This document shows positions 1-10,740 of a DNA stretch of 64,000 bases, one piece after another. How positions within the stretch are numbered: the stretch's first letter is position 1; every line of letters begins with the position of its first letter. The translations under genes and the position numbers were made by a program. The stretch lies in the NCBI GenBank assembly GCA_965112155.1, contig OZ218098.1. One strand, 5' to 3'. Source of the stretch: Podarcis liolepis. Taxonomy: Eukaryota. The notes beneath the pieces were generated by a model, which worked only from the letters and a program-made list of their open reading frames with translations, was not told the DNA's origin and did not search any database.

Positions 1-309
1 TTGTAAATTTTCTTTGCCAAATCATCAGTAAAATCCGTTGATGGCAGTCGCTGTCACGATCTTCTGGCATCTGGGCCAACACTTTGTTTCAGCATAAGAC
101 TCAATCCAGTATGGTTCCTCCATGCTAATAACAGCCAGTGTGGGTGGAAATGAATAAGGTACCCCAAATGCTTGACAGATTTTCTACCCCGTAGAAGTGC
201 TGGACTGTACACAATTTTGTGCCATCGCATAGAGGATACTCTCCTAGAGGTGGTGATGTCTGATTTGGGGTGAACCCAAGCTTAGCTTATTCAGTTCTCT
301 ATCCCTATA

Positions 310-656
310 GGTAAAGGGACCCCTGACCATTAGGTCCAGTCATGGCCAACTCTGGGGTTGCGGTGCTCATCTCACTTTATTGGCCGAGGAAGCCAGCGCA
401 CAGCTTCCGGGTCATGTGGCCAGCCTGACTAAGCCGCTTCTGGTGAACCAGAGCAGCGCACGGAAACGCCGTTTCCTTCCTGTCAGAGCAGTACCTATTT
501 ATCTACTTGCACTTTGACGTGCTTTCGAACTGCTAGGTTGGCAGGAGCAGGGACCGAGCAACGGGAGCTCACCCCGTCGTGGGGATTCGAACCGCCGACC
601 TTCTGATCGGCAAGTCCTAGGCTCTGTGGTTTAACCCACAGCGCCACCCACGTCCC
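310..656 (-). mobile_element. Full-length Sauria SINE (tRNA-derived) with 15-bp target-site duplication
   Basis: Minus strand begins GGGACGTGGGTGGCGCTGTGG (A box), has B box GGTTCGAATCC and ends GGGGTCCCTTTACC. TSD TTCTCTATCCCTATA at 295-309 and 657-671. Homologous copy at 44833-45111. Confidence 0.9.
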
Positions 657-1636
657 TTCTCTATCCCTATATCCACTGGTTATTAACGTCCCCAAGGTGT
701 CAGTTCTTGACATTGTCAGTGGATTGAACCTGCTTGGCTTGAACATGGCCCTCTTGTTCTCATTTGGAAATGCTTCAGGAGAATGGCCTATGGTGCCTGG
801 AGTGGTCACTCCATCCACCCTGTACTAAGACCAGCCATGGCAACATTTTCATTGATCTGAACAAGGCAGCTTTTCGGATCTTCATTTTTTTGCTTGTCTG
901 ATGATTGTCTCAAATAATTTTTTTTGCTATTATTTTAAAGTTTGCATGTACTTTCCCCAATCTCTACTGGACTGCCTGCGTGCCTTTTTTTCTTTTCAAT
1001 TACTTTGAGTCTCTTTGTCCCGGTGAGTTCCTGTGCTGCTATTTGCGTGTTAGCCGTTTACACCTACAGAAAAGTAGGACAAGAATGACTTTCATATAAG
1101 CCTCCTGGCCCTTGTGAAGCAGCAGTCAGTGGTGCTCGTGGGTAGAGCCCCCAGGACTGTCCTTGCTGAAAAACCCACATGTAAAGCAGTCCCCTTCAGA
1201 CTCACCCTGATCACGCATCAGCTGGAGTTTGTGCCCGACATGCACAGTGACACTGAGACAATGGTGCTCAGCCTGTGTATTCCTGCATGTCCCTTTCTGC
1301 ATTCCTACTGAATGCCTGCAGAGGGCCTATGTATTGCATGTGCCTATTTCTTTGGAAGAACGGCTGGCACAGACATCTCCCTAAAAGTCAAATACACACA
1401 GGCATCTTGCATTACTAGCTTCTAGCACTTTTGAGGGGAAATTGGTAATTCTAAATAGATACACCATGGGCACACCTGGGACATTAGGAGGAAATGTTTC
1501 AATACATTGTCCCTCACAAAAACTGTGTCATATTTAACAAAAAACTTTCCTCACACCTGACAGGGTAAAGTTACTAAGTTGAATGTGACCGAGCAACTGT
1601 AATGGTTTGTTGCCCTAATTGAGTACATTGCTATCA

Positions 1637-1755
1637 TAAGCAACTATTTAGTTTCAGTCTGTACTAGGTGCCTCCTCAGTCCAAAGTAATCTTTTGTGTG
1701 AGATACTTTGGACTGAAAAGGCATCTGGTACAGACTGAAACTAAATAGTTACTTA
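1637..1755. repeat. Long inverted repeat/hairpin (~52-bp arms, ~15-nt loop) in MAP3K2 intron
   Basis: AACTATTTAGTTTCAGTCTGTACTAGGTGCCTCCTCAGTCCAAAGTA is the reverse complement of TACTTTGGACTGAAAAGGCATCTGGTACAGACTGAAACTAAATAGTT with 4 transition mismatches, and pairing extends to TAAG...CTTA. Confidence 0.9.
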
Positions 1756-2236
1756 ACTATTAACTAATGTTCTATCCTTAGATGCATGGATAAGTTTTCA
1801 AGAGACATCAGCAGCCTGCCTATTAGTTACACTGCTGTGCTTAATGAGTATTTTCTTTGAGTTTTTGACAGATGGAAAATGTTTAGCATTTTTACAACAT
1901 GCTATGTTGCAAACTGCTCAGGGGATATTTATTGATGCACATTCACTTTTAATAAATAATATTAATAGCTTAATGATTTTTCTGCCAGATAAAGTGCCAC
2001 TTTTTATTTTAAGTTAATTTAGTTGCATTAAAGTGAGGAATGCAAGAGTAGTTTGTGGCTTGCATTCTTGATCATTACTACAGATTGTTGTCTTAAAGGT
2101 TCTCTTTAAATACTTACGTTGCAAAATGCAATGTGTGTATGTATGAATCCTTGCTGAAACATTCCTTGAAGTTTTGATCTTCTGATCCTTTTTCTTTGAG
2201 TAATAGAAATTTATTTTTTTCATATTCTGTTTTCAG

Positions 2237-2385
2237 CCCCAAGAGCTCCAACTAACTGGAGACTAGGTAAACTCCTGGGACAGGGTGCATTTGGCAGAGT
2301 TTATCTATGCTATGATGCAGATACAGGACGTGAGCTAGCTGTTAAGCAAGTTCAGTTTGATCCTGACAGCCCGGAGACCAGCAAG
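2237..2385 (+). CDS. MAP3K2: MAP3K2 (MEKK2) coding exon, kinase subdomains I-II
   Basis: ag|...|gt, 149 nt; [49 protein letters not shown] (Gly-rich loop, catalytic Lys). Confidence 0.96.
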
Positions 2386-2857
2386 GTAAGAGTACTGGTT
2401 ATGGTTGGTTGGTTGGTTGTTGTTGTTGTTAACCACTTTTCACACAGAGGAGTGTCCCAAAGCAACGTATAGCATAAAATACATTAAAACTTAGTATAAA
2501 ACATTAAAAAAAACTTGAACATGCTCATCCAGTAATATGTGTAATAGTAGGACAAATCTTACTTACCTCAATAACAGGATGAGCATTAAAAGTTTAAAAA
2601 AAACTAATTCTCTTTCCCGATGTTTGAGGGCAAATGCTTTGGCCTGGCACCTACAAGCAAACAATGATTGCACCAGGCTTACTTCCTGGGGGAGAGTATT
2701 CCACAAATGGGCAGCCACCACTGCAAAGGCCTGTTTCTATGTTGCCTCCCTCTGCACATTCCTTGGAGGAGGCAGAACAGGACCAGGAATGCAGTGTCCA
2801 GGTAGCTTCATATATGGAGAGGTGCCTCTTGTATCTGTTACCCAACTACTTCCAGAG

Positions 2858-3075
2858 CCAGTGAGGCATAGTAGTTAGAGTGCTGGGCTGGGACCTGGGA
2901 GACTAGGGTTCGAATCCCCACTCAGTCATGAAGCTTACTGGATGTGACCTTGGGTCAGTCACTGTCTTTCCCTACCTCGTAGGGTTGTTGTGGGGATTGA
3001 ATGAGGAGGGGGGAGAACCATGTACAATCCACCTTGAGCTCCATGTAGAAAAAAGGTAGGCTATGAATGCAATCA
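2858..3075 (+). mobile_element. Old tRNA-derived MIR/CORE-like SINE
   Basis: A-box-like GGCATAGTAGTTAGAG, B box GGTTCGAATCC, CORE-like GTGACCTTGGGTCAGTCAC...AGGGTTGTTGTG. Boundaries approximate. Confidence 0.65.
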
Positions 3076-3526
3076 ATCATCAGTCAATAATATTCTGAAA
3101 ATTTCCTGTAGTTTTATTTTTGCTGCTACAAGGTAACTTTGCCATGTGGACATTAAGAAGAGGTTGAAACCCAGGCCACTGTGCAGTGAAAATAACAGAA
3201 TAAGGACTCTTAAATTGCTCAGGTTCATTTCAAAGGGACTTGGAAAAGTCCAGTCTTTATATAAGAAAATGGTAATTTTATGTGGTGTACTAGATAAAAT
3301 AATAAGTACTATCCAGTGTAGGCAACCTTATTTAATAGTTGGGGATGGTGGGTTTGCTAATTCCCCAAGTTCAAGGATTTCTAATAGTGAGCTAAAGGAT
3401 GAGCCCCAATGTGGCCTTTGGAAGTCTTCAGTTCCAAGTGCAAGTTAAATGATGCGTTTATTGTTGTTTGAATCAAACCTGCTTGTCAGATTCTGTTAAG
3501 GCTAATGCTGTGCTCTTGCGTTCCAG

Positions 3527-3658
3527 GAGGTAAATGCACTTGAATGTGAGATTCAGCTTCTGAAAAACCTTCTACATGAGAGAATTGTTCAGTATTATGG
3601 CTGCTTGAGGGACCCTCCCGAAAGAACACTCTCTATATTTATGGAATATATGCCTGGG
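3527..3658 (+). CDS. MAP3K2: MAP3K2 coding exon
   Basis: ag/gt, 132 nt; [44 protein letters not shown]. Confidence 0.96.
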
Positions 3659-3852
3659 GTAAGCCAGAGATCTGGATATAGATAGTAATTTAATGTGGGC
3701 TAGTTAGAGTTAATGCCAGATAGGGGAAGGGTTCTTAGAGGATTGCTTCTACAAACTTGTGAAACATTTTTAAATGCAGCCATTTTTCATGCAAGAGTGA
3801 CTCTACTCTTAAAAGAGGCGCTACAGTATTCTTATTCTTCCTTTGTCTGTAG

Positions 3853-3982
3853 GGCTCAATTAAAGATCAGTTGAAGGCATATGGCGCACTCACGGAGAAT
3901 GTGACTCGGAAATATACCCGGCAGATTTTGGAAGGAGTTCATTATTTGCACAGTAACATGATTGTACATAGAGATATTAAAG
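3853..3982 (+). CDS. MAP3K2: MAP3K2 coding exon (catalytic loop)
   Basis: ag/gt, 130 nt; [43 protein letters not shown]. Confidence 0.96.
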
Positions 3983-4355
3983 GTAAGAATGGGAGAATTG
4001 TTGAAGGTGTGCACTTACCAAACAGTAGATAAGTAATGTGGTTAGAAAAAAATAACAACTATTAACTATTAACCAGTGATGAGCCAAATCTTTATGATGA
4101 AAACAAGACAATGTTTTATTCAATGTTCTTCTTGCAATTAAAATATAAATATATCTGTTGGTAGTTTACAATGTTTCAATTTAAGACATCATTTCAAGTA
4201 AGACTGCTAGAAAATTCTAACAGACACTCTCATTCATATTGCTTTGTCAAAAAATTCTCAAAACATCTCCAAAGCAGTCAGAACATGAAACAACTCTATC
4301 ATGGTACCAATAGGTGAATCTTTTCCATTTATTCATTGTGAATGCTTTTCCAGTA

Positions 4356-4597
4356 CAGTGATACCTTGGGTTATGAACTTAATTCATTCCGGAAGTCCGT
4401 TCTTAACCTGAAACCGTTCTTAACCTGAGGCGCGCTTTTGCTAATGGGGCCTCCTGCTGCTGCCGTGCCGCCATTCCTCAATTTCTCTTCTCATCCTGGG
4501 GCAATGTTTGCAACCTGGAGCAACTACTTTCGGGTTAGCAGAGTTTGTAACCCAAAACATTTGTAACCCAAAGCGTTTGTAACCCGAGGTACCACTG
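4356..4597. mobile_element. Tc1/mariner-superfamily (Tigger/pogo-like) MITE
   Basis: TA-CAGTGATACCTTGGGTTA...TAACCCGAGGTACCACTG-TA: TIRs and TA TSD. Related to 41440-41665 in the opposite orientation. Confidence 0.8.
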
Positions 4598-4852
4598 TAT
4601 TTGGAATTTCAACCACAAAGGTTGGCAATATTTAGTGTTTACACAGTGCTTTTCTCAGTGCCTAAAGAGCTTCACATATACTACGATGCCAATGTGTAAA
4701 ATGTTCCTCGTATGCCAGTATTATCCCCATATTGCTGAAAGAATAACAGCTTGCCTAAGATCACCAACGAGGGAGTTCATGGCTTAGTTGCAGTTTGAGT
4801 CTGGCTCATAGTCCTGAAATGGACACTGCACCAAATTCTCAAAACAGCCATA

Positions 4853-5181
4853 CAGTGGTGCCTCGCAAGACGAAAATAATCCGTTCCGCGAGTCTCTTCG
4901 TCTAGCGGTTTTTTCGTCTTGCGAAGCAACCCTATTAGCGGATTAGCGCTATTAGCGGTTTAGCGGCTATTAAAGGCTTAGCGGCTTAGCGGCTAAAAGG
5001 CTATTAGCGGCTTAGAAAAAGGGGGGAAAGCAAAAAAAATCGCAAGACTCGCAAGACGTTTTCGTCTTGCGAAGCAAGCCCATAGGGAAATTTGTCTTGC
5101 GAAGCGCATCGAAAAACGGAAAACCCTTTCGTCTAGCGGGTTTTTCGTCTTGCGAGGCATTCGTCTTGCGGGGCACCACTG
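4853..5181. mobile_element. Young Tc1/mariner-superfamily MITE with internal repeats
   Basis: 22-bp TIR CAGTGGTGCCTCGCAAGACGAA (1 mismatch), TA TSD, CpGs retained, internal TTCGTCTTGCGA and TTAGCGG repeats. Confidence 0.88.
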
Positions 5182-5497
5182 TATACAGTTCCAAAGCCCA
5201 GGGAAAACAGCATGGCAAATGCCCCAGGCTCACACACCTCATGACACATAGTAATTTTATTTCTACTTCCTCATCCTGTCTCCTCTACCTTGGCCTACTT
5301 ATGTGAGTGAAGTGCCAAGACACCCTGGATCATTTCCCAGGAAGTGATCTGTGTACACAAATGTATTAACTTGTATGCAAGGGCCACTGAATCAAACATT
5401 GAATTCTACGTTGAGCAGATGTATGTGTAATGTCATGGAAGATTCTGCTAGCCTGCTACCAGATATACATCAAACCTTATCTTTCTGTGTTTTGCAG

Positions 5498-5675
5498 GTG
5501 CAAATATTCTCAGAGACTCTGCAGGGAATGTTAAGCTGGGCGATTTTGGTGCCAGCAAGCGGCTTCAAACAATTTGCTTGTCTGGTACAGGTATGAAGTC
5601 TGCCACAGGAACGCCATACTGGATGAGTCCAGAAGTCATTAGTGGAGAAGGGTATGGGAGGAAAGCAGATATCTG
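5498..5675 (+). CDS. MAP3K2: MAP3K2 coding exon (DFG motif and activation loop)
   Basis: ag/gt, 178 nt; [60 protein letters not shown]. Confidence 0.96.
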
Positions 5676-5741
5676 GTATGTCTATGCTGTTCCAATGAAA
5701 ATCAGTTGTACAGGGGTCTTAACATTAAATGGTATGCTTGA

Positions 5742-5745
<4 letters not shown>

Positions 5746-5782
<37 letters not shown>
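5746..5782. repeat. (GT)n microsatellite
   Basis: Direct reading. Confidence 0.95.
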
Positions 5783-5787
<5 letters not shown>

Positions 5788-6159
5788 TCTACTTAGGACA
5801 CACTGTTCACAAATCTGGATTAGAAAGTTATGAAGAAGTGGCATAATGATATGGCATTAGTAAGCAGGGCAATATGACTGGTCAGTTGTGTACAGATCTG
5901 TGAAAGAATTCAGGTAATACATGTGAGAAAATGATCTCTGGAGGAGCCTGGGATGATCCATTGCCTTTTTGATACAGCTCACGGGCTCCCATTTTTTGAA
6001 CTGATGCTCTGGTATGGCTTGGGTCTAGACTACTTCATGTTACAGGTGGGGTCTCAGATAGTATTCTTCCCTACAAACAAATGTATTCCAGATTTTTTTC
6101 TTTTAAAAAAGCTAGCATATCATGGAGAAAGCTTAGTTTTAACTCTTCACTCTGACATT

Positions 6160-6222
6160 TTATTATTATTGTTTATTATTATTATTATTATTATTAATTA
6201 TTATTATTATTATCATCATCAT
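6160..6222. repeat. (ATT)n/(ATC)n microsatellite, likely the tail of a decayed L2 fragment
   Basis: Direct reading; followed by L2-like decayed sequence containing a 30-bp tandem duplication at ~6452-6515. Confidence 0.75.
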
Positions 6223-7379
6223 CCTGCCCTTTGTCCTGCAGGAGCCCAGGCACTCACACAACATGATCATAGTTACAATGATTAAAACATCTGAAATTCT
6301 CTATAATATAGAAAAACATAAGCAGTAATAAAGAACTGCTGAATCCCCAGACAATGTTCATGTCCTAAAAGCTTGGGCAAGCAAAAGTGTCTTCAGTTTA
6401 CAGCCAAGTGTCATCAGTGTGATAAACAAATGCATTCTACAGAAAGGGAGTCCCAGGATGCAACTACTGAGAAGGCCTTATCTCAGGATGCAACTACTGA
6501 GAACGCCTTATCTCAAGCCACCATCCCATGGCCCATACCATTGTTGGCATCACTTGCATTTAGTTTGGATTATGTTTCTGAAAGGAGAATTAACGATGTG
6601 CTTCTAATAGATTATTCTAGCTTCAGAGACTGCTGTGTGTGAGTTTTCTTTGTAAGAAGATTTGTAAGTTCTTTTCTTGCAGTGGTTGCAGCTATTTCCT
6701 TGCTTTCCAAGGTATTTTATGTCATTTTTCAGAAGTATCTCACAAAGCGTTTGCATAAGATTATTACAACAATAAGCATCGAAAACCTTTCCACATAAAA
6801 AAATGCAGTTGTTTGTTTTGAAAATGCTGTATGCCCTTTTTCTCGACAAAGGCAATGTGGCTCTCTTCTGAAGTCCCTGTGAGTGAGAGTTGGTAGAGTT
6901 GTCTGGCTCAGTCTGAAATTTCAGAGGAAACCAAAATGCACAAACTGGAACAGCCAGTTCTAAAATTGAGGGGCAACTTTAAATATTGAATTAATGTAGC
7001 TCCAAACTTCTTATTCTAATTTTCTTCAGTACAATTTCAGTCTCCCACCATTTTAGAGATTAATCATTAATTTAATTGTAACACAAAGCACTTTTGCTGG
7101 CCTATGGTTTTTAGGTAAATGTGTCTACAAGTGTACAAACCCTTTGTGGTGCTGTTGGGTAATTAAGTTATTATAGATTGATCATTAGATCTAGCAACAA
7201 AATTATTATGTTCTGATTATTGGTATAATACACACTACTCCAACATGTGAAAGAAATGCAGTCTTTTGAACTGAATGTAAGTTGTGCTCTTTAGATATCC
7301 CTGTCTGCTTACTGCAGATAGTAGAGATACTTACTAGTTTATGTGACTTCAACTTGCTTTTCATTCTTGACTGTTACAG

Positions 7380-7605
7380 GAGTGTAGGCTGTACTGTGGT
7401 AGAAATGCTCACGGAGAAACCACCTTGGGCAGAGTTTGAAGCAATGGCTGCCATCTTTAAAATTGCCACACAGCCAACCAATCCCCAGCTGCCACCTCAT
7501 GTCTCGGACCACGGTCGGGATTTTCTGAAGCGAATATTTATTGAGGCCAAATTGCGACCATCCGCAGATGAACTGCTAAGACACACGTTTGCACATTATC
7601 ACTGA
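7380..7605 (+). CDS. MAP3K2: MAP3K2 terminal coding exon
   Basis: ag|G AGT...; [74 protein letters not shown]. The C-terminal HYH and the GMKS motif match MEKK2 rather than MEKK3, and synteny with ERCC3 agrees. Confidence 0.96.
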
Positions 7606-10414
7606 TGGCCTGCTTCAACCCAGCTGTCACCTACTGCGTTTATTTTCTGACTGCACTTTTTTTTTACACAAGGTTGAGAAAAGACAAGGGAGAAGTTGTT
7701 TCTCTTGATTCTTTATTTCATATAGATTGTTAATAATCTCTGCATATTTACACTGCAGATTTCGTTCCCCATTTAGGACTTAAGATCTTTTTGTTTTGGT
7801 AATGTACTGATGTGGTTCGCATAAAGCACTTTAGTACATATTCATTCCTTATTTAAGGGGGGAAAGGCAAGTTATTGGGACTGCCAGGAATTGTGTGTTA
7901 AGGTTTTTTTTCCTAGCACTACTGATTAACTCAGGATGCAGGAAAAATATACATGTTGTTAGCAGATATAGAAAAGGAAAATGTGTCCAATTGTTCTTTG
8001 TAATATGTAGATAGATGCCCTGGGAGGTTTTGGTTGTGTTTCAGCTTTGACATGAGGCTCATCCACAGTATTGGAAACAGGTTTAAAAGCTGCAAACTCA
8101 AACTGCCGACCAAGTTGATTCTGGAAAAGAAATCTGACTAGTGCATCGCCTGCAACCAAATGTATATTTATAATTTTAAAAGAATATACAGGAGGGTTCC
8201 CTAGCTGAAGTAGTTCAAGAGTCTTTTGAGTCAAGTAGTTCTGATGTGTGAATGTTCTAGACCAGGAATCGTAGATAAACAGATTACTGTAGATCCATAA
8301 ACCTTTACAGTTGAAGAACAGGCTTCACATAACGTGCCACAAGTTAGTTTGCTTAATCTGCTAAGAACCGCAATGAGTTGTGCTGGACAGGGCCTCTGGT
8401 GGCCAGGGTGAAGGCTAGTTTCTCTCTTGATAATTTTCTGTTCTGCATCCTTCATGCTGTCCCAACTGGTCTGTCTGTTGCATAAAATACTTAATGAGAC
8501 CCAGTCTTCCTTCCTTCCTTCCTTTATTATCATGCTTACGATGAAATTTTTAAGTACTTGAATAGGTATCAGTGACAAAATTAAGCCGTTACCATTTATG
8601 TTGATGCTAAACAGAAGTCTTTGTGTTAAGTACATTTGATTTAATAATCAAATAGTATTTGCAGAATTTGCATCATGTTGAGCCTGCAGAATTTGGCTTT
8701 CCAGGTTTTTTATATGGAGTGTAGACGATCCCTCCTTTTTTTAAGCAAAAAGAGAAAGCAAGCTGAGTAGAAATAGATATGGAGGTTTCCATGTTCATCG
8801 CAACAATATAATTAAGTTCCGGCACACTGACCCTGATGGAGGCACAAAGAATGAGGTACCATTTTTACTGTCCTTTTTCTAAAGTGCATTTTATACCTTA
8901 TCTGACTGTTAGTAATTAAAATAATTTCAGATTTGACATTAGTATCCCAAATGTGTACATTCATATTTGTACACCTGAATATAGTCTTGAAAAGAAAAGA
9001 AACCCCTTTAGAATGCTTTAATACTTTCTGTCCCTTCAAGAAATTGGGAAAAGTTCCTGAAAGGAAATAATTCTAGTTTCCAGTGCCACAGTGTCTGTTT
9101 TCCAGAGGTGATGTTTCTTAATGCTGCTATTAAACGTTTCCTAGGGAAATTCAGTGCAGCCTGTATAAAAGCATCCTTGGCAAACCAAACATACTGCAGG
9201 TGTGCAGCTATTACATGGACAGTGCATAGTCAGTGACACTATCTTCCATTAATAAGCTAAAAAAATGTCATAAGTCTCAACAGCAATCAGATCTGGAACA
9301 ATGTAATGCTATGCATGTGATACGTTGCATGCATGTATATAACGCTCCCAATACTTTAGCCACAGGTTAGAAATAAGAGTTGCAAGCCCTAACTCCTGTT
9401 TACAGTTGTAAGTGGTTAAAGCCAACAAGGGAAATTTGCAGTTGGGAGCAGGGGCACAAGAGGCTTAGAGATAATATCTGATCCTTTAGCTATGGTTAAA
9501 GGATGCAGAGCAATATGAGAGCACTCAAAGTTTGGGAACTGAAAGTTTATTGAACAAAATTTACTCTAGGTCACACTAAGAGACTCTTGCAGTTTTCTAT
9601 GAAATATAGTACCTAATGTAGAAACTATCATACTGAGTGGACTTCTAAGAATAATAATTTCTTTAGTTCTTAAAGAAGCATATCCTTTTAATTGTGAATA
9701 AAAAAGAAATGGTCAATTTTTTGCTACCAAAAAAGAAAGAAAGAAGTATAATAGTCTGGTGTGATTCCAGTGATTGACTTTCCTTCTATACCATAGGTAT
9801 TGATCCCTCTCGGTGGCCTACTATCTGTTGTCTTCTCCTACAGACGTGTGCTCATCTTTCTTATACACTCTTTTTCCAGTTCCTCGTAGGAAGATCCCTA
9901 AGGTTCAGATTTCTAAACTCTCATCAAACTGTAACTATGCAAATTGTGTAAAACATGCAAATCAAGTAAACATATACAAATGTGCATTGTTTGGTCCATT
10001 AATAGAATGTGGGATGAGGCTAAGATGGAAGTATTGACTCCCCAGTCTCCAAAGTGTACCAAACTATGTTGAGCATATTTGTTCCTTGCTCTACTCCGTT
10101 GTCACTGTTTAGAATTGTTTAATATCTAGCAGACAATCATTGCAGCCTGTAAGTGACCTCTTATAAAGTGTTGCTGCACCAGCTAAAGACTTGTTGAAGT
10201 CTTCCTCCAGTGCAGTGATTTGAGGAGCATGTTTAATGAACCTTCCCCTCTACAGAAAACAGTAACTAGGGTTGCAATCCTGAGCACACTCACTGGAGAA
10301 TAAGCACCATTAAACAAGACAATAGTTACTTTTGAGTAAATACGCATAGGACTGGGCCATTGGATTTGCCCCTCCAATTTTCATCAAAATCTCACCTGCT
10401 TTTTGGCTGAGTGG

Positions 10415-10740
10415 TCATAGAATTGTAGAGTTGGAAGGGATTCCAAGGATCATCTTCTATCCCAACCCTCTGCAATGCAGGGATCTCAACTAGATCATAC
10501 ATGACAGGTCGCCATCCAATCTCAGCTTAAAAACCTCCAAGGAAAGAGAGTCCACCACCTCTAATGGAAGTCTGTTCCACTGTTGAACAGCTCTTCCTGT
10601 CAGAAAGTATTCCTGATGTTTAGTCAGAATCTTGTTTCTTGTAACTTGTAGCCTCTGGAGCAGAGAAAACAAGCTTGCTCCATCTTCATGTGACAGCCCT
10701 TTAGATAATTGAAAATGGCTCTCGTATCTCCTCCTAGTTT
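10415..10740 (-). mobile_element. CR1 LINE 3' fragment
   Basis: TCATAGAATTGTAGAGTTGGAAGGG CR1 tail; minus-strand translation FLTGRAVQQWNRLPLEVVDSLSLEVFKLRLDGDLS matches the CR1 ORF2 C-terminus. Confidence 0.85.

Noticed and set aside
1-1100. Coding-like sequence on the minus strand flanking the Sauria SINE
   Set aside because: Interrupted by stops and no motif recognised; probably a decayed retroelement but not assignable by eye.
4930-5012. Short periodic TTAGCGG-type repeats resembling an array
   Set aside because: Internal to a mariner-type MITE in a vertebrate genome; no unique spacers; not CRISPR.
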